Origin: Oscillospiraceae bacterium
GTDB taxonomy: Bacteria > Bacillota > Clostridia > Oscillospirales > CAG-272
Direction of reading: 5' to 3'
NCBI GenBank assembly: GCA_015064385.1
Contig: SVSI01000008.1
Span: 728 to 64,727, forward strand
Length of the DNA: 64,000 nucleotides
How positions within the stretch are numbered: the stretch's first letter is position 1; each line of letters opens with the position of its first letter. The notes under the pieces are model-generated. The model had not been told where the DNA came from and searched no databases. It worked only from the letters and a program-made list of their open reading frames with translations. A program made the translations under genes and the position numbers. Below, in pieces: positions 47,168 through 56,743 of this stretch.

Positions 47168-47671
47168 ATGAGAGAGATCATACAACAGTTTTTTCTTGAA
47201 ACTGTCGGGGAAGAGCTTTGCGTAATGTTTTGCTCTATGATACCGATAATCGAGCTCAGAGGAGCGATTCCTCTCGGTGCGGCACTCGGACTCCCTTGGT
47301 GGCAGAACTATATTCTTGCGGTCGTAGGCAATATGATCCCCGTACCCTTCATTTTGCTGTTTATAAAGAAAATAATTGCATGGATGACTGTCTGTCGCGT
47401 GAAATTTTTCAGAAAATTCGCACTTTGGCTTACTAAAAAGGCCGATAAGAACCGAGATAAAATTGAAAAGTACTCATTTTGGGGCGTTTGCCTTTTCGTG
47501 GCAGTTCCGCTGCCGGTGACGGGCGCGTGGACGGGTTCTCTCGTTGCCGCTACGATAGATATGAAATTCTGGAAGGCCATGCTTTCCTGCCTTTTCGGTG
47601 TAATGATAGCAGGAGTTGTCATGTCGCTCGCTTCGTACGGAGTGGTGGCGGCGCTTCAGATATTTGCATAA
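47168..47671 (+). CDS. Small membrane protein of the COG2426 / small multidrug export family
   Basis: 167 aa. The block MIPIIELRGAIPLGAALGL is the hallmark of this family. Confidence 0.6.
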   Translation: MREIIQQFFLETVGEELCVMFCSMIPIIELRGAIPLGAALGLPWWQNYILAVVGNMIPVPFILLFIKKIIAWMTVCRVKFFRKFALWLTKKADKNRDKIEKYSFWGVCLFVAVPLPVTGAWTGSLVAATIDMKFWKAMLSCLFGVMIAGVVMSLASYGVVAALQIFA

Positions 47672-47700
47672 ATAAACTGTGTAAATATGTAGAAAAATAC

Positions 47701-47729
47701 TTGACATAGCACGATGTATGTGTTATAAT
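47701..47729 (+). promoter_or_regulatory. Consensus sigma-A promoter of the metK leader
   Basis: TTGACA (47701-47706), a 17-nt spacer, then TATAAT (47724-47729). Confidence 0.8.
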
Positions 47730-47744
47730 TTCAGTTGAATCTAA

Positions 47745-47840
47745 TCGATCATCAAGAGTAGGGGAGGGATAGGCCCGTTGATCCTACGGCAACCTGCCGA
47801 AATATAGTCGGGAAGGTGCCAATTCCTAAGAGATGAGAGC
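47745..47840 (+). promoter_or_regulatory. SAM-I riboswitch (S-box) aptamer
   Basis: ATCAAGAG-N-GGGGAGGGA-N-GGCCC-N-GA-CC-N-GGCAACC....GGTGCCAATTCC...GATGA. P1 pairs TCATC (47749-53) with GATGA (47832-36). It is upstream of metK. Confidence 0.88.
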
Positions 47841-47851
47841 AAAATAAATGC

Positions 47852-47890
47852 GAGCGTCTGCGGGAAACTGACTGACGCTCTTTTGTTTGC
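47852..47890 (+). terminator. Riboswitch-controlled intrinsic terminator
   Basis: GAGCGTC-N15-GACGCTC followed by TTTTGTTT. Confidence 0.8.
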
Positions 47891-47922
47891 CTCCAAAAGA
47901 AAAAATAAAGGACGGCTAAAAA

Positions 47923-49101
47923 ATGAAAAAACTTTTTACATCAGAATCTGTAACTGAAGGACATCCCGATAAGATCTGCGATAAGATCTCGGACTCTATA
48001 CTCGATGCAATACTGAGACAGGATCCTATGGCTCGTGTTGCTTGCGAAACTACCGCAACCACGGGTATAATTTCGGTAATGGGAGAGATCACCACCAGCG
48101 CTGTCGTAAAGTATGACGACATCGTGCGCGAGGCGGTAAGAGAGATCGGGTACGACAGAGCAAAGTACGGCTTTGACTGTGATACCTGCGCGGTGATCAG
48201 CGCCATACACAGTCAGTCCCCCGATATTGCTATGGGTGTTGATAAGTCGTTTGAGGCGAAAAACGGCGAGGACGATAAGTACGATATCGGTGCGGGCGAC
48301 CAGGGAATGATGTTCGGCTTCGCGTGCGACGAAACTCCCGAGCTGATGCCTCTGCCTATCTCACTCGCGCATAAGCTTGCAAAGGCGCTCACAGATGCCC
48401 GTAAGAGCGGGGAGCTTTCTTATCTCCGTCCGGACGGAAAGACTCAGGTCACAGTTGAATACGACGGTGATATGCCCAAGAGGATCGACACTATCGTCGT
48501 TTCCTCACAGCACGATCCCGAGGTGGCTCAGGAAAAAATCAGAGAGGACGTTATTGCAAAGGTAATAACTCCTACCGTTCCCGCGGGCCTTATTGACTCC
48601 GAGACAAAGATATACGTTAATCCCACGGGACGTTTTGTGATAGGCGGCCCTCAGGGAGACAGCGGACTTACGGGAAGAAAGATAATCGTTGATACGTACG
48701 GCGGCTACGGACGACACGGCGGCGGCGCTTTCTCGGGTAAGGATCCGACTAAGGTTGACAGAACCGCGGCTTATGCGGCAAGATATATTGCTAAAAACGT
48801 CGTTGCTTCGGGTATAGCAAAGAAGTGCGAGGTACAGCTTGCGTACGCTATCGGCGTGGCAAGACCGGTTTCCGTAATGGTAGATACCTTTGGAACGTCA
48901 AAATATTCGGACGAGGCAATATCCGAGGCGGTATCGAAGATCGTTGATCTTCGCCCTGCGGCTATAATCGAGAAATTTGACCTTCGTAAGCCGATCTACG
49001 CGCCTCTTGCGGCATACGGACACATGGGAAGAGAAGACCTCGGCGTAGCTTGGGAAAAGCTCGATATTGCAGATAAAATAAAAGAGCAAATCGTCGGATA
49101 A
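47923..49101 (+). CDS. metK: S-adenosylmethionine synthetase
   Basis: [43 protein letters not shown]. Confidence 0.97.
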   Translation: MKKLFTSESVTEGHPDKICDKISDSILDAILRQDPMARVACETTATTGIISVMGEITTSAVVKYDDIVREAVREIGYDRAKYGFDCDTCAVISAIHSQSPDIAMGVDKSFEAKNGEDDKYDIGAGDQGMMFGFACDETPELMPLPISLAHKLAKALTDARKSGELSYLRPDGKTQVTVEYDGDMPKRIDTIVVSSQHDPEVAQEKIREDVIAKVITPTVPAGLIDSETKIYVNPTGRFVIGGPQGDSGLTGRKIIVDTYGGYGRHGGGAFSGKDPTKVDRTAAYAARYIAKNVVASGIAKKCEVQLAYAIGVARPVSVMVDTFGTSKYSDEAISEAVSKIVDLRPAAIIEKFDLRKPIYAPLAAYGHMGREDLGVAWEKLDIADKIKEQIVG

Positions 49102-49150
49102 TATCAAAAAATAAGGATGCGGCATAGAATGAACTACGAGGTGAATTTCT

Positions 49151-49279
49151 ATGCTGCAACTTGTAATAGAGATATTTTTAGCAATTTGTATCGTTTTCGG
49201 ACTCTATATTTTGCAGAGAAAGCTTTTTTCTAAAGCGAGAAATATGCTCGAAAAGGACGAAAAAGATACGAAAAAGTAA
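49151..49279 (+). CDS. Candidate 42-aa small membrane protein (below the ORF-track size cutoff)
   Basis: MLQLVIEIFLAICIVFGLYILQRKLFSKARNMLEKDEKDTKK has one TM helix and a basic/acidic tail. GAGGTGA lies 7 nt upstream of the ATG. It fills the metK-recD2 gap. Confidence 0.4.
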   Translation: MLQLVIEIFLAICIVFGLYILQRKLFSKARNMLEKDEKDTKK

Positions 49280-49315
49280 TAAGATCGGTATATTTATTGA
49301 AAGGAGGAAAACGGT

Positions 49316-51532
49316 ATGGAAAGCGCATTCAGAGAAGAAGAGCTTGAAATTCTTGAAGGTAGCGTAGAGACGGTAATGTATGAAAACAGTGAAAACGGCT
49401 ATACCGTTTGCCTTCTTGAAACGGCGGACGAGCTTGTTACTGCCGTTGGTATAATGCCCTGTACGCAGGAGGGCGAAATGATCCGCGCACAGGGAAAGTG
49501 GGAAACACATCCAAGCTACGGAAAGCAGTTCAGAGTGGTTTATTACGAAAAACAGCTTCCTGCGACCGGCGCGGCAATGATAAAGTATCTCTCGTCGGGT
49601 GTGGTGAAGGGAATCGGTAAAAAGACCGCTGAAAAGATCGTCGGTATGTTCGGAGACGAAACTCTCGAGGTTATCGAAAATTCTCCGCAGCTCCTTTGCG
49701 ATATTCCCGGTATAAAGCCGAAAAAAGCCAATGAAATAAGCGAAGCGTTCAAAAATCAATTCGGAATGAGAGGACTGATGCTCTTTTGCCGCGAATATTT
49801 CGGCCCCACTACTATAATGAAGATATTCAAAAAGTGGGGTTCGGGCGCGGTTGATATAATAAAGCAAAATCCGTACCTGCTGTGCGACGAGATATACGGA
49901 ATCGGATTTGAGCGCGCGGATAATTTTGCAAAATCGCTCGGAGTAGATCCGAAATCACCGCATAGGATCAAATCGTGCGTGGTGTATGCGCTTAGCTCGA
50001 ACGCTGTCGGAAACGGTCATGTTTTCATTCCGAAAAAGCGTCTTGCAGAGCACGTTTCAACTATGATAGACTGCGATACGGACGAAGTCTTTGCCTCGAT
50101 AGACTTGCTTACTTCCGAGGGTAAGACCGTCTCTGTGAGATATTTCGAGCAGGAGTGTATCTATCTCAAGGACTATTACGACGCAGAAAAATACGTGGCA
50201 CAAAAGCTGCTTTTACTTAGCAAAATAAGACCGAGCGTCTATATGGACGATGCTCGCGAGCTTGTGAAAATGGTAGAGCAGGAAGAGGGAATTGAGTATG
50301 AGTCCCTGCAAAAAAAGGCGATAATTGAGGCGGTTTCGAGTGGAGTTATGCTCCTCACCGGAGGTCCCGGTACGGGTAAGACGACTATAATAAAGGCGGT
50401 CATCCGCATATTCGATAAGATCGGAATCGACGTTGCTCTCGCGGCCCCGACGGGACGCGCGGCAAAGAGAATGTCCGAGACGACGCAAAGAGAGGCAAAG
50501 ACGATACACCGACTTCTTGAGATGGAATTTTCCGCTGACGATAAGCCGCGTTTTCGCCGCAACGAAAACAATCTTCTTGACGAGCAGGTAATAATTATCG
50601 ACGAGGCGTCTATGGTAGATACCGTTCTTATGGCGTCCCTGCTTAAGGCGGTTCGTCCGGGTGCGAGATTCATTCTTATCGGAGATTCCGATCAGCTTCC
50701 GTCTGTCGGAGCGGGCAACGTGCTTTGCGACCTGCTTGCAAGCGATATTTTCCCGTCCGTACGCCTTACCGAGATATACAGACAGGCAAGAGAGAGCCGT
50801 ATCGTTACGAACGCACACGCGATAAATGACGGCGAGCTGCCCGTGCTTGACGATAAAAGGGGAGACTTTTTCTTCATTTCCCGTCCGGACGAGTCCCAGA
50901 TAGCTAAGACCGTGTCCGATCTGTGTATGAACCGTCTGCCTAAAACGTACGGTAAGGATATAATGTCCGAGGTGCAGATAATAACCCCGTCGCGCAAGGG
51001 CGTTGCAGGTACGGAGATACTTAATCAGATGCTCCGAAACGTGCAAAATCCGCCCTCAAAGGACAAAAAAGAGAAGAAAGTGCGTGATATTACCTTCCGT
51101 GAGGGAGATAAGGTCATGCAGATACGAAATAACTATTCTATCCCGTGGACTCGCGCCGGCGAGGACGGAGAGGGAATGTTCAACGGCGATATCGGTGTTA
51201 TACAAGCTATTGATAACGTTGACGAGAAGATGTACGTCGATTTTGACGGAAAGCTCACCGTTTACGGATATGACGAGCTTGAGGATCTCGAGCACGCGTA
51301 CGCGATAACGATACATAAGAGCCAGGGAAGTGAATACGGAGTCGTAATAATCCCTGCGTATATGTATTCTCCGAGACTGCTTACCCGAAATCTTTTGTAC
51401 ACCGCAGTCACCCGTGCGCAGAGAATGGTTATTATCGTAGGACGCGCCGATATAGTTCAGCTTATGGTAGAAAACAAACGCCTTACCAAGCGTTATACCG
51501 GACTTCGCTATATGCTTGAGGCGCTTGAATAA
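49316..51532 (+). CDS. recD2: RecD2-type SF1B DNA helicase
   Basis: 738 aa. Walker A LTGGPGTGKTT, IIDEASMVD, an SH3-like insertion, and the C-terminal ITIHKSQGSE..YTAVTRA. Confidence 0.9.
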   Translation: MESAFREEELEILEGSVETVMYENSENGYTVCLLETADELVTAVGIMPCTQEGEMIRAQGKWETHPSYGKQFRVVYYEKQLPATGAAMIKYLSSGVVKGIGKKTAEKIVGMFGDETLEVIENSPQLLCDIPGIKPKKANEISEAFKNQFGMRGLMLFCREYFGPTTIMKIFKKWGSGAVDIIKQNPYLLCDEIYGIGFERADNFAKSLGVDPKSPHRIKSCVVYALSSNAVGNGHVFIPKKRLAEHVSTMIDCDTDEVFASIDLLTSEGKTVSVRYFEQECIYLKDYYDAEKYVAQKLLLLSKIRPSVYMDDARELVKMVEQEEGIEYESLQKKAIIEAVSSGVMLLTGGPGTGKTTIIKAVIRIFDKIGIDVALAAPTGRAAKRMSETTQREAKTIHRLLEMEFSADDKPRFRRNENNLLDEQVIIIDEASMVDTVLMASLLKAVRPGARFILIGDSDQLPSVGAGNVLCDLLASDIFPSVRLTEIYRQARESRIVTNAHAINDGELPVLDDKRGDFFFISRPDESQIAKTVSDLCMNRLPKTYGKDIMSEVQIITPSRKGVAGTEILNQMLRNVQNPPSKDKKEKKVRDITFREGDKVMQIRNNYSIPWTRAGEDGEGMFNGDIGVIQAIDNVDEKMYVDFDGKLTVYGYDELEDLEHAYAITIHKSQGSEYGVVIIPAYMYSPRLLTRNLLYTAVTRAQRMVIIVGRADIVQLMVENKRLTKRYTGLRYMLEALE

Positions 51533-51535
51533 GAT

Positions 51536-52258
51536 ATGAGAAGATTTTTCAAAAGAGCTTTGTCTCTTCTTTTTCCGCCGAGATGCTCGTGCTGTCACGA
51601 GATACTTCCGTACTATTCGGACGCCGTTTTGTGCGATAGTTGTGCGGAAAAATGGGAAGAGGAGATAAATGCGTACTGCAGGGTGTGTCGCAAAAACGTG
51701 TCAGAGTGTACCTGCGTTCACGATAACTGTAAACGTAAAGTCAAAAAGCTGTTCAGCGTGTCCGCGTACAGCGCTTCGGATAGCGTTACCGACCGTATCG
51801 TTTTGTCGGCAAAGGATCAAAAGGATAAAAAGCTTTTTGAATTTATGGCAGAAAAGATGGTAGGCGCGGCGTACGCGGGACTTCCGTCGCTCGGAGATAC
51901 TCTGGTCACGTTCGTGCCGAGATCTGAAGTCACAAAGAGAAAGATCGGACACGATCAGTCGGAGATGCTTGCAAAGATCGTGGCAAGAGAGCTTGGAGTG
52001 ACTGCGTGCGCGCTTCTTAAAAAGAAGGGAACAAGACAGCAGAAAACACTTCGCGCAAAGGAGCGTGAGGATAATGCCAAACGCTCTTACGTTCTTCGTG
52101 ACGGAGCGTGCGAAAAGGTAAAGGACAGGACACTGCTTCTCATTGACGACGTAGTTACGACGGGTGCCTCGATTTCCGCCTGTGCCGAGCTTTTGCTCGA
52201 GGCGGGAGCAAAAGAAATATACGCTCTCACCTTTGCAAAAACGGTGAAAAGAAAATAA
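51536..52258 (+). CDS. comFC: ComF-family protein (ComFC-like, Zn-finger plus phosphoribosyltransferase domain)
   Basis: An N-terminal CxxC..CxxC pair and the C-terminal PRTase motif LLIDDVVTTGASI. Confidence 0.85.
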   Translation: MRRFFKRALSLLFPPRCSCCHEILPYYSDAVLCDSCAEKWEEEINAYCRVCRKNVSECTCVHDNCKRKVKKLFSVSAYSASDSVTDRIVLSAKDQKDKKLFEFMAEKMVGAAYAGLPSLGDTLVTFVPRSEVTKRKIGHDQSEMLAKIVARELGVTACALLKKKGTRQQKTLRAKEREDNAKRSYVLRDGACEKVKDRTLLLIDDVVTTGASISACAELLLEAGAKEIYALTFAKTVKRK

Positions 52259-52282
52259 AAGGTAGATTTTTTCAAAAAAGAC

Positions 52283-52311
52283 TTGACAAAAGACAAAACG
52301 CGTGCTATAAT
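52283..52311 (+). promoter_or_regulatory. Consensus sigma-A promoter of the tRNA gene
   Basis: TTGACA (52283-52288), a 17-nt spacer, then TATAAT (52306-52311). The tRNA 5' end is 31 nt downstream. Confidence 0.8.
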
Positions 52312-52341
52312 AGTAAAGCGCTCTGAAAAAGGAGCATATAT

Positions 52342-52390
<49 letters not shown>

Positions 52391-52414
<24 letters not shown>

Positions 52415-52752
52415 TAGAAAATAAAACGGTCGCCGAAAGTGGCCGTTTTTATTTTCTAATATGGATAAAAATGACGCAGAGCCACGCAAATCCGAAGGAT
52501 TTGCTAATCGGCGCGAAGAAGATAGAGGATAAAGATAGGCGTGGGCGCCGATTTTGGTTCGTAAGTCCTTCCCCCGCAATAGAAAATAAAACGGTCGCCG
52601 AAGGTGGCCGTTTTTATTTTCTAATATGGATAAAAACGACGCAGAGCCACGCAAATCCGAAGGATTTGCTAATCGGCGCGAAGAAGATAGAGGATAAAGA
52701 TAGGCGTGGGCGCCGATTTTGGTTCGTAAGTCCTTCCCCCGCAATAAAAAAT
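52391..52752. repeat. Tandem array: the tRNA 3' end plus a 165-bp unit, 2 full copies and a third partial copy
   Basis: TTGGTTC(A/GTA)AGTCCTTCCCCCGCAATA starts at 52391, 52554 and 52719. Units 52401-52565 and 52566-52730 differ at 2 positions only (52438/52603 A/G and 52472/52637 T/C). Confidence 0.95.
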
Positions 52753-52789
52753 AACAGACACCCAATGGGTGTCTGTTATTTTTTATTTT
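52750..52789 (+). terminator. Strong intrinsic terminator closing the 165-bp array
   Basis: A 14-bp stem AATAACAGACACCC / GGGTGTCTGTTATT, followed by TTTTATTTT. Confidence 0.85.
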
Positions 52790-52854
52790 GAGAACGCTTT
52801 GACTATCGCTCTTGTGTATGAGTCCGACGAGCGTAGCTCGTTGGGTTAGCGAAC

Positions 52855-52881
52855 AAAAAACGCCACAGTGTGGCGTTTTTT
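52855..52881 (+). terminator. Intrinsic terminator whose 3' half begins the 120-bp array
   Basis: AAAAAACGCCA-CAGTG-TGGCGTTTTTT. Confidence 0.7.
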
Positions 52882-53188
52882 GGAGCGGTGTCGCCCAAAG
52901 TGCGAGTTTTGGAGCACGGCTATGCCGTGAGAACAAAAGGACACACGACGGCGACTGGGGAGTTGTTATATCGCGAAGAGAAAGGCGCTGATGCGTTTTT
53001 TGGAGCGGTGTCGCCCAAAGTGCGAGTTTTGGAGCACGGCTATGCCGTGAGAACAAAAGGACACACGACGGCGACTGGGGAGTTGTTATATCGCGAAGAG
53101 AAAGGCGCTGATGCGTTTTTTGGAGCGGTGTCGCCCAAAGTGCGAGTTTTGGAGCACGGCTATGCCGTGAGAACAAAAGGACACACGA
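52873..53188. repeat. Perfect 120-bp tandem repeat, 2 full copies plus 76 bp
   Basis: 52873-52992 is identical to 52993-53112, and 53113-53188 continues the identity until divergence at 53189. Confidence 0.97.
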
Positions 53189-53274
53189 TGGAAGGTGGAA
53201 AATGGTGGGACAGAACCGCCGCAGACAGAAAAGATGCCGAAAGCTTTGTTGAAAAAACAAACGTCAAAAGATAA

Positions 53275-53306
53275 ATAAAAACTCCGAGATTTCTCGGAGT
53301 TTTTTT
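53275..53306. terminator. Bidirectional intrinsic terminator
   Basis: AAAAACTCCGAG-ATTT-CTCGGAGTTTTTTT, adjacent to the stop of the - strand SDR gene. Confidence 0.85.
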
Positions 53307-53309
53307 CAT

Positions 53310-54161
53310 TTATACTCCCGAATAAGCGGAGAAGCCGCCGTCAATGGGAAGTACTACGCCGGTGATAAAGCCGGCCGCCTCGTTGTTTACGAGGAAGAGA
53401 AGTCCGCCTTCAAGCTCCTCGGTCTCGCCGAAGCGTCCCATAGGAGTTGCCGCAAGGATCTTACCCGTGCGCGCCGTGGGAGTGCCGTCCTCATTCCAGA
53501 GAAGCTTTGCATTCTGCTTGGTCGAGAAAAAACCGGGAGCGATCGCGTTTACGCGGATACCTACCTTTGAGAAATGAACTGCGAGCCACTGGGTGAAATT
53601 CGAGATGGCTGCCTTTGCGCCCGAATATGCGGGGATCTTGGTGAGAGGCGTAAATGCGTTCATAGAAGATATGTTGATTATCGAGCAGCCCTGTCTGCCT
53701 ACCATCTGAGATGTGAATGCCTGCGTGGGAATGAGCGTTCCGAGGAAGTTTAAGTTGAACACGAAGCCGACTCCGTCTGCGTCGAGATCAAAGAAGCTCT
53801 TGGTGTCAGCGTCAATGTCGCCGATCTCGAAATATTCCTTGTCGGTGGTCGCTCTCGGATTATTACCGCCTGCGCCGTTTACGAGTACGTCGCACGGACC
53901 GAGCTCGGAAAGCACCTTGTTTGCAACCTCGGCGCATATCGCCTTGTCAAGTACGTTGCAAGCGTACGCCTTTGCGACTCCGCCCTCGGCGTTTATCTCG
54001 TCTGCAAAGGACTGTGCCGCGTCAATATTGAGGTCGAGAAGGGCTACCTTTGCACCTGCGCGTGCGAGGACCTTTGCAAAATAGCTGCAGAGGATTCCGC
54101 CCGCTCCCGTAACTACGGCAACCTTGCCGCTGAGATCTGTATTTAATACGTTCTTGTTCAT
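53310..54161 (-). CDS. SDR-family oxidoreductase (UxuB-like D-mannonate/fructuronate reductase by context)
   Basis: GKVAVVTGAGGILC is the Rossmann motif and YSGAKAA the catalytic YxxxK. Start set at MNKNVLNT after AAAGGAGAA. It lies immediately downstream of uxuA. Confidence 0.75.
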   Translation of the reverse strand: MNKNVLNTDLSGKVAVVTGAGGILCSYFAKVLARAGAKVALLDLNIDAAQSFADEINAEGGVAKAYACNVLDKAICAEVANKVLSELGPCDVLVNGAGGNNPRATTDKEYFEIGDIDADTKSFFDLDADGVGFVFNLNFLGTLIPTQAFTSQMVGRQGCSIINISSMNAFTPLTKIPAYSGAKAAISNFTQWLAVHFSKVGIRVNAIAPGFFSTKQNAKLLWNEDGTPTARTGKILAATPMGRFGETEELEGGLLFLVNNEAAGFITGVVLPIDGGFSAYSGV

Positions 54162-54175
54162 TTTCTTTTCTCCTT

Positions 54176-55228
54176 TTATTTGATGGATTTTTCGCACGCC
54201 TCGAAGAGACCGTTTATGTAGGTCGCGCCGAGTGCTCTGTCAAAGAGTCCGTAGCCCGGCTTGCCGGTCTCGCCCCAGATCATACGTCCGTGGTCGGGAC
54301 GCACGTATCCGTCAAAATCGTTCTCGCAAAGTGCCTTGACGATCTCGTAAACGTCGAGCGATCCGCAGGATGAGAGGTGCGCTCTTTCTTCAAACGAGCC
54401 GTCCTCCATGATCTTCACGTTTCTGATGTGCATAAACGCGATACGATCCATCTTTGCATACTTTCTTATCATCTTAACTACGTCGTTACTCTGGGCGCAG
54501 CCGAGACTTCCCGTGCAGAGGCACAGGCAGTTTGATGGGCTGTCAACGATAGAAAGGAAACGGTCGAGATTTTCCTCGCAGGTGATTATTCTGGGAAGCC
54601 CGAAGATGGGGTAGGGCGGATCGTCGGGATGGATAGCCATCTTCACTCCGCACTCCTCTGCAACGGGAATGACCTTTTTAAGGAACTTTTCAAGATTCTT
54701 CCAAAGTCCTTCTTCCCCTATCTTGCCGTAAGCGGTGATAAGCTCGCGGACCTCGTTTTGAGTGTAGCTTGAATCCCAACCGGGAAGGTGAATGTCGTCC
54801 TTTAAGGGATCAAGACCTCTCATCTGGTCCCAGTACATAACGAGACTGGTTGATCCGTCGGGCGCCTTTTTGTCGAGCTGGGTGCGTGTCCAGTCGAACA
54901 CGGGCATAAAGTTGTAGGTGACGCATTTTACGCCGTATTTCGCGCAACGGCGGATATTTTCGCAGTAAACGTCGAGAAGCTTGTCAACGTCTCCTCTACC
55001 GAGCTTGATGTCCTCGTGTACGGGAATGGACTCAACGACGTCAAAGATAAGTCCGTTTTCCTCGCACTCCTTTTTCATCTTTGCAAGGGACTCTTCGGGC
55101 CATACCTCGCCCGGTTTTACGTCGTAAACCGCAGAGACTATCGAGCGCATACCGGGAATCTGCGAGATGTACTCGAGAGAGATCGGGTCGCTCTGACCGT
55201 ACCAGCGGAAGGAAAGCTTCATATTCAT
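54176..55228 (-). CDS. uxuA: Mannonate dehydratase
   Basis: MNMKLSFRWYG..., 350 aa, a xylose-isomerase-like TIM barrel collinear with UxuA. Confidence 0.88.
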   Translation of the reverse strand: MNMKLSFRWYGQSDPISLEYISQIPGMRSIVSAVYDVKPGEVWPEESLAKMKKECEENGLIFDVVESIPVHEDIKLGRGDVDKLLDVYCENIRRCAKYGVKCVTYNFMPVFDWTRTQLDKKAPDGSTSLVMYWDQMRGLDPLKDDIHLPGWDSSYTQNEVRELITAYGKIGEEGLWKNLEKFLKKVIPVAEECGVKMAIHPDDPPYPIFGLPRIITCEENLDRFLSIVDSPSNCLCLCTGSLGCAQSNDVVKMIRKYAKMDRIAFMHIRNVKIMEDGSFEERAHLSSCGSLDVYEIVKALCENDFDGYVRPDHGRMIWGETGKPGYGLFDRALGATYINGLFEACEKSIK

Positions 55229-55244
55229 ATTTTACCTCCGTATA

Positions 55245-56444
55245 TTAAATACTGTTTTTTATTGATCTTCTGTATTCGTTCGGTGTCATCCCGACTTGTT
55301 TTTTGAAAATTTTTGAAAAATACTGTATATCCACTATCCCGCAGTGGAGAGCGATCGTCTGTACCTGAAGCTTCGTGGTGGACAGCAAGTGTACGGCGTA
55401 CTTTATGCGCTTTTCGCGTATATATTCGGAAACGGTCTTTCCCGTTTCCTTTTTGAATATTGCACAAAGATATCCCGAGCTGACTTCAAGATGTTCGGCA
55501 AGGGTGGCAAGAGACAGATTTGCCGACAGGTCGGCGTCTATCATCAAAACTGCCTTTTGTACTATGGGGGAAAGATCCTTCATTGAATGCTTGCGGACCA
55601 AACGGCAGTACGAAGCGAACATCTCACGCATCAGAACGGAAACCGCGCTCATGTCGGGAAGACGCTCGATCTTGAGCGCAAATTCAGACGATGCTTTATC
55701 AATATACATCGGGTGAACTCCACCCGATTCAGCCGCTTTTCGTAGCAAGGTATTCATAATTATACAATAGTTTTTTGCGTTTTGCAAGGGGTCTGCGTTT
55801 CTTTTCTCGAACAATTTACCCGAAAAAGCTTCAAGTAGCCGCTTTTCCTTGTGGACCTGACCGAGCTCTACCGCTCGGATTATTTCATTCTCAAACTCGT
55901 ATCTTTTCTCAAGAGTGCGCATACTGAGGACTGTGTCGCTGAAGCCGTCTGTATCCGAGGGGACGCTTATACTGAATTCTCCCGTTTTGCTGTCAACCGA
56001 TGAGTCTATTATCGTAAATGACGGGCTGTCCCATATCCTTTCGCAAAAGGTGTCAAGCATTACGAAAAGATGACTCGCTTCCGGAAGTATTGAAACGCCC
56101 GAATAATACTCGTCGAGATATCGGCGTGCCTTTGGGGAGAGAGAATTTTTTTCGCTTATTTCGAGTATCTCGCTCGGTGATACAGCGGACTGAAGATAAG
56201 GTCCGATAAAAAGGAGTGTCTTTTCACCTGACGTCGGGAGGACGAGATAGGTGTAGTATCGGCGCATACTGTCGGCAGTCTTGTAGAGAGTGCGCGGCTC
56301 TGCGCTGTCGAAAAGGGAATAGGCGGCTGAGCGCTCTGATATGAATTCGTCGAGGACGCCGCGTCTGCCGTAAGAAAGGTCGGCAAAATCCTCTCGCCTT
56401 GCACGAAGTGTCCGAACTCCGCACTTTCTGAAGGTGTCGCACAA
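55245..56444 (-). CDS. AraC-family transcriptional regulator (start codon uncertain)
   Basis: The C-terminal double HTH reads LSLATLAEHLEVSSGYLCAIFKKETGKTVSEYIREKRIKYAVHLL..IALHCGIVDIQYFSKIFKKQVGMTPNEYR. The only in-frame start near the 5' end is a TTG without a good RBS (see findings). Confidence 0.8.
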   Translation of the reverse strand: MCDTFRKCGVRTLRARREDFADLSYGRRGVLDEFISERSAAYSLFDSAEPRTLYKTADSMRRYYTYLVLPTSGEKTLLFIGPYLQSAVSPSEILEISEKNSLSPKARRYLDEYYSGVSILPEASHLFVMLDTFCERIWDSPSFTIIDSSVDSKTGEFSISVPSDTDGFSDTVLSMRTLEKRYEFENEIIRAVELGQVHKEKRLLEAFSGKLFEKRNADPLQNAKNYCIIMNTLLRKAAESGGVHPMYIDKASSEFALKIERLPDMSAVSVLMREMFASYCRLVRKHSMKDLSPIVQKAVLMIDADLSANLSLATLAEHLEVSSGYLCAIFKKETGKTVSEYIREKRIKYAVHLLSTTKLQVQTIALHCGIVDIQYFSKIFKKQVGMTPNEYRRSIKNSI

Positions 56445-56743
56445 AAGCTCGAGCTCGTTTTCGTAGAACGTATCTCATCACTCCTTTTTGACCTTTTGGT
56501 TATTTTTTTGCTTCACACGACCGATTATATCATAACTTTTGTGTAATTACAACATATTTTCTTCGAATATATGAAAAAAATACAAAAATACATTAAAAAA
56601 ATACTCACCATCTTTTTCGAAATCATTTATACTAGTAGTAGATGTTTTGTTATTTAGATATTTCACAAAATTCAAGCTGAAAAAGAGGAAAACAAAATGA
56701 AAAAGAAAAAGTACTTGACGCAAACGGCAAGCGTAAGTTTGGC

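Noticed and set aside
52991-53050. A 19-codon ORF, MRFLERCRPKCEFWSTAMP, present in each 120-bp unit after GAAAGG-N5-ATG. It could be a small peptide or a RiPP precursor.
   Set aside because: No modification, export or immunity genes are nearby. The peptide is hydrophilic with no leader/core logic. The putative RBS overlaps a terminator-like element. It is kept only as a remote possibility under the repeat finding.
56697-56715. Programmed -1 ribosomal frameshifting on AAA-AAG at the transporter 5' end.
   Set aside because: The heptamer context is G-AAA-AAG rather than A-AAA-AAG. I see no downstream stimulatory structure, and frameshifting three codons after initiation has no obvious regulatory logic. 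A homopolymer indel is the simpler explanation; this is retained as option 3 in the finding.
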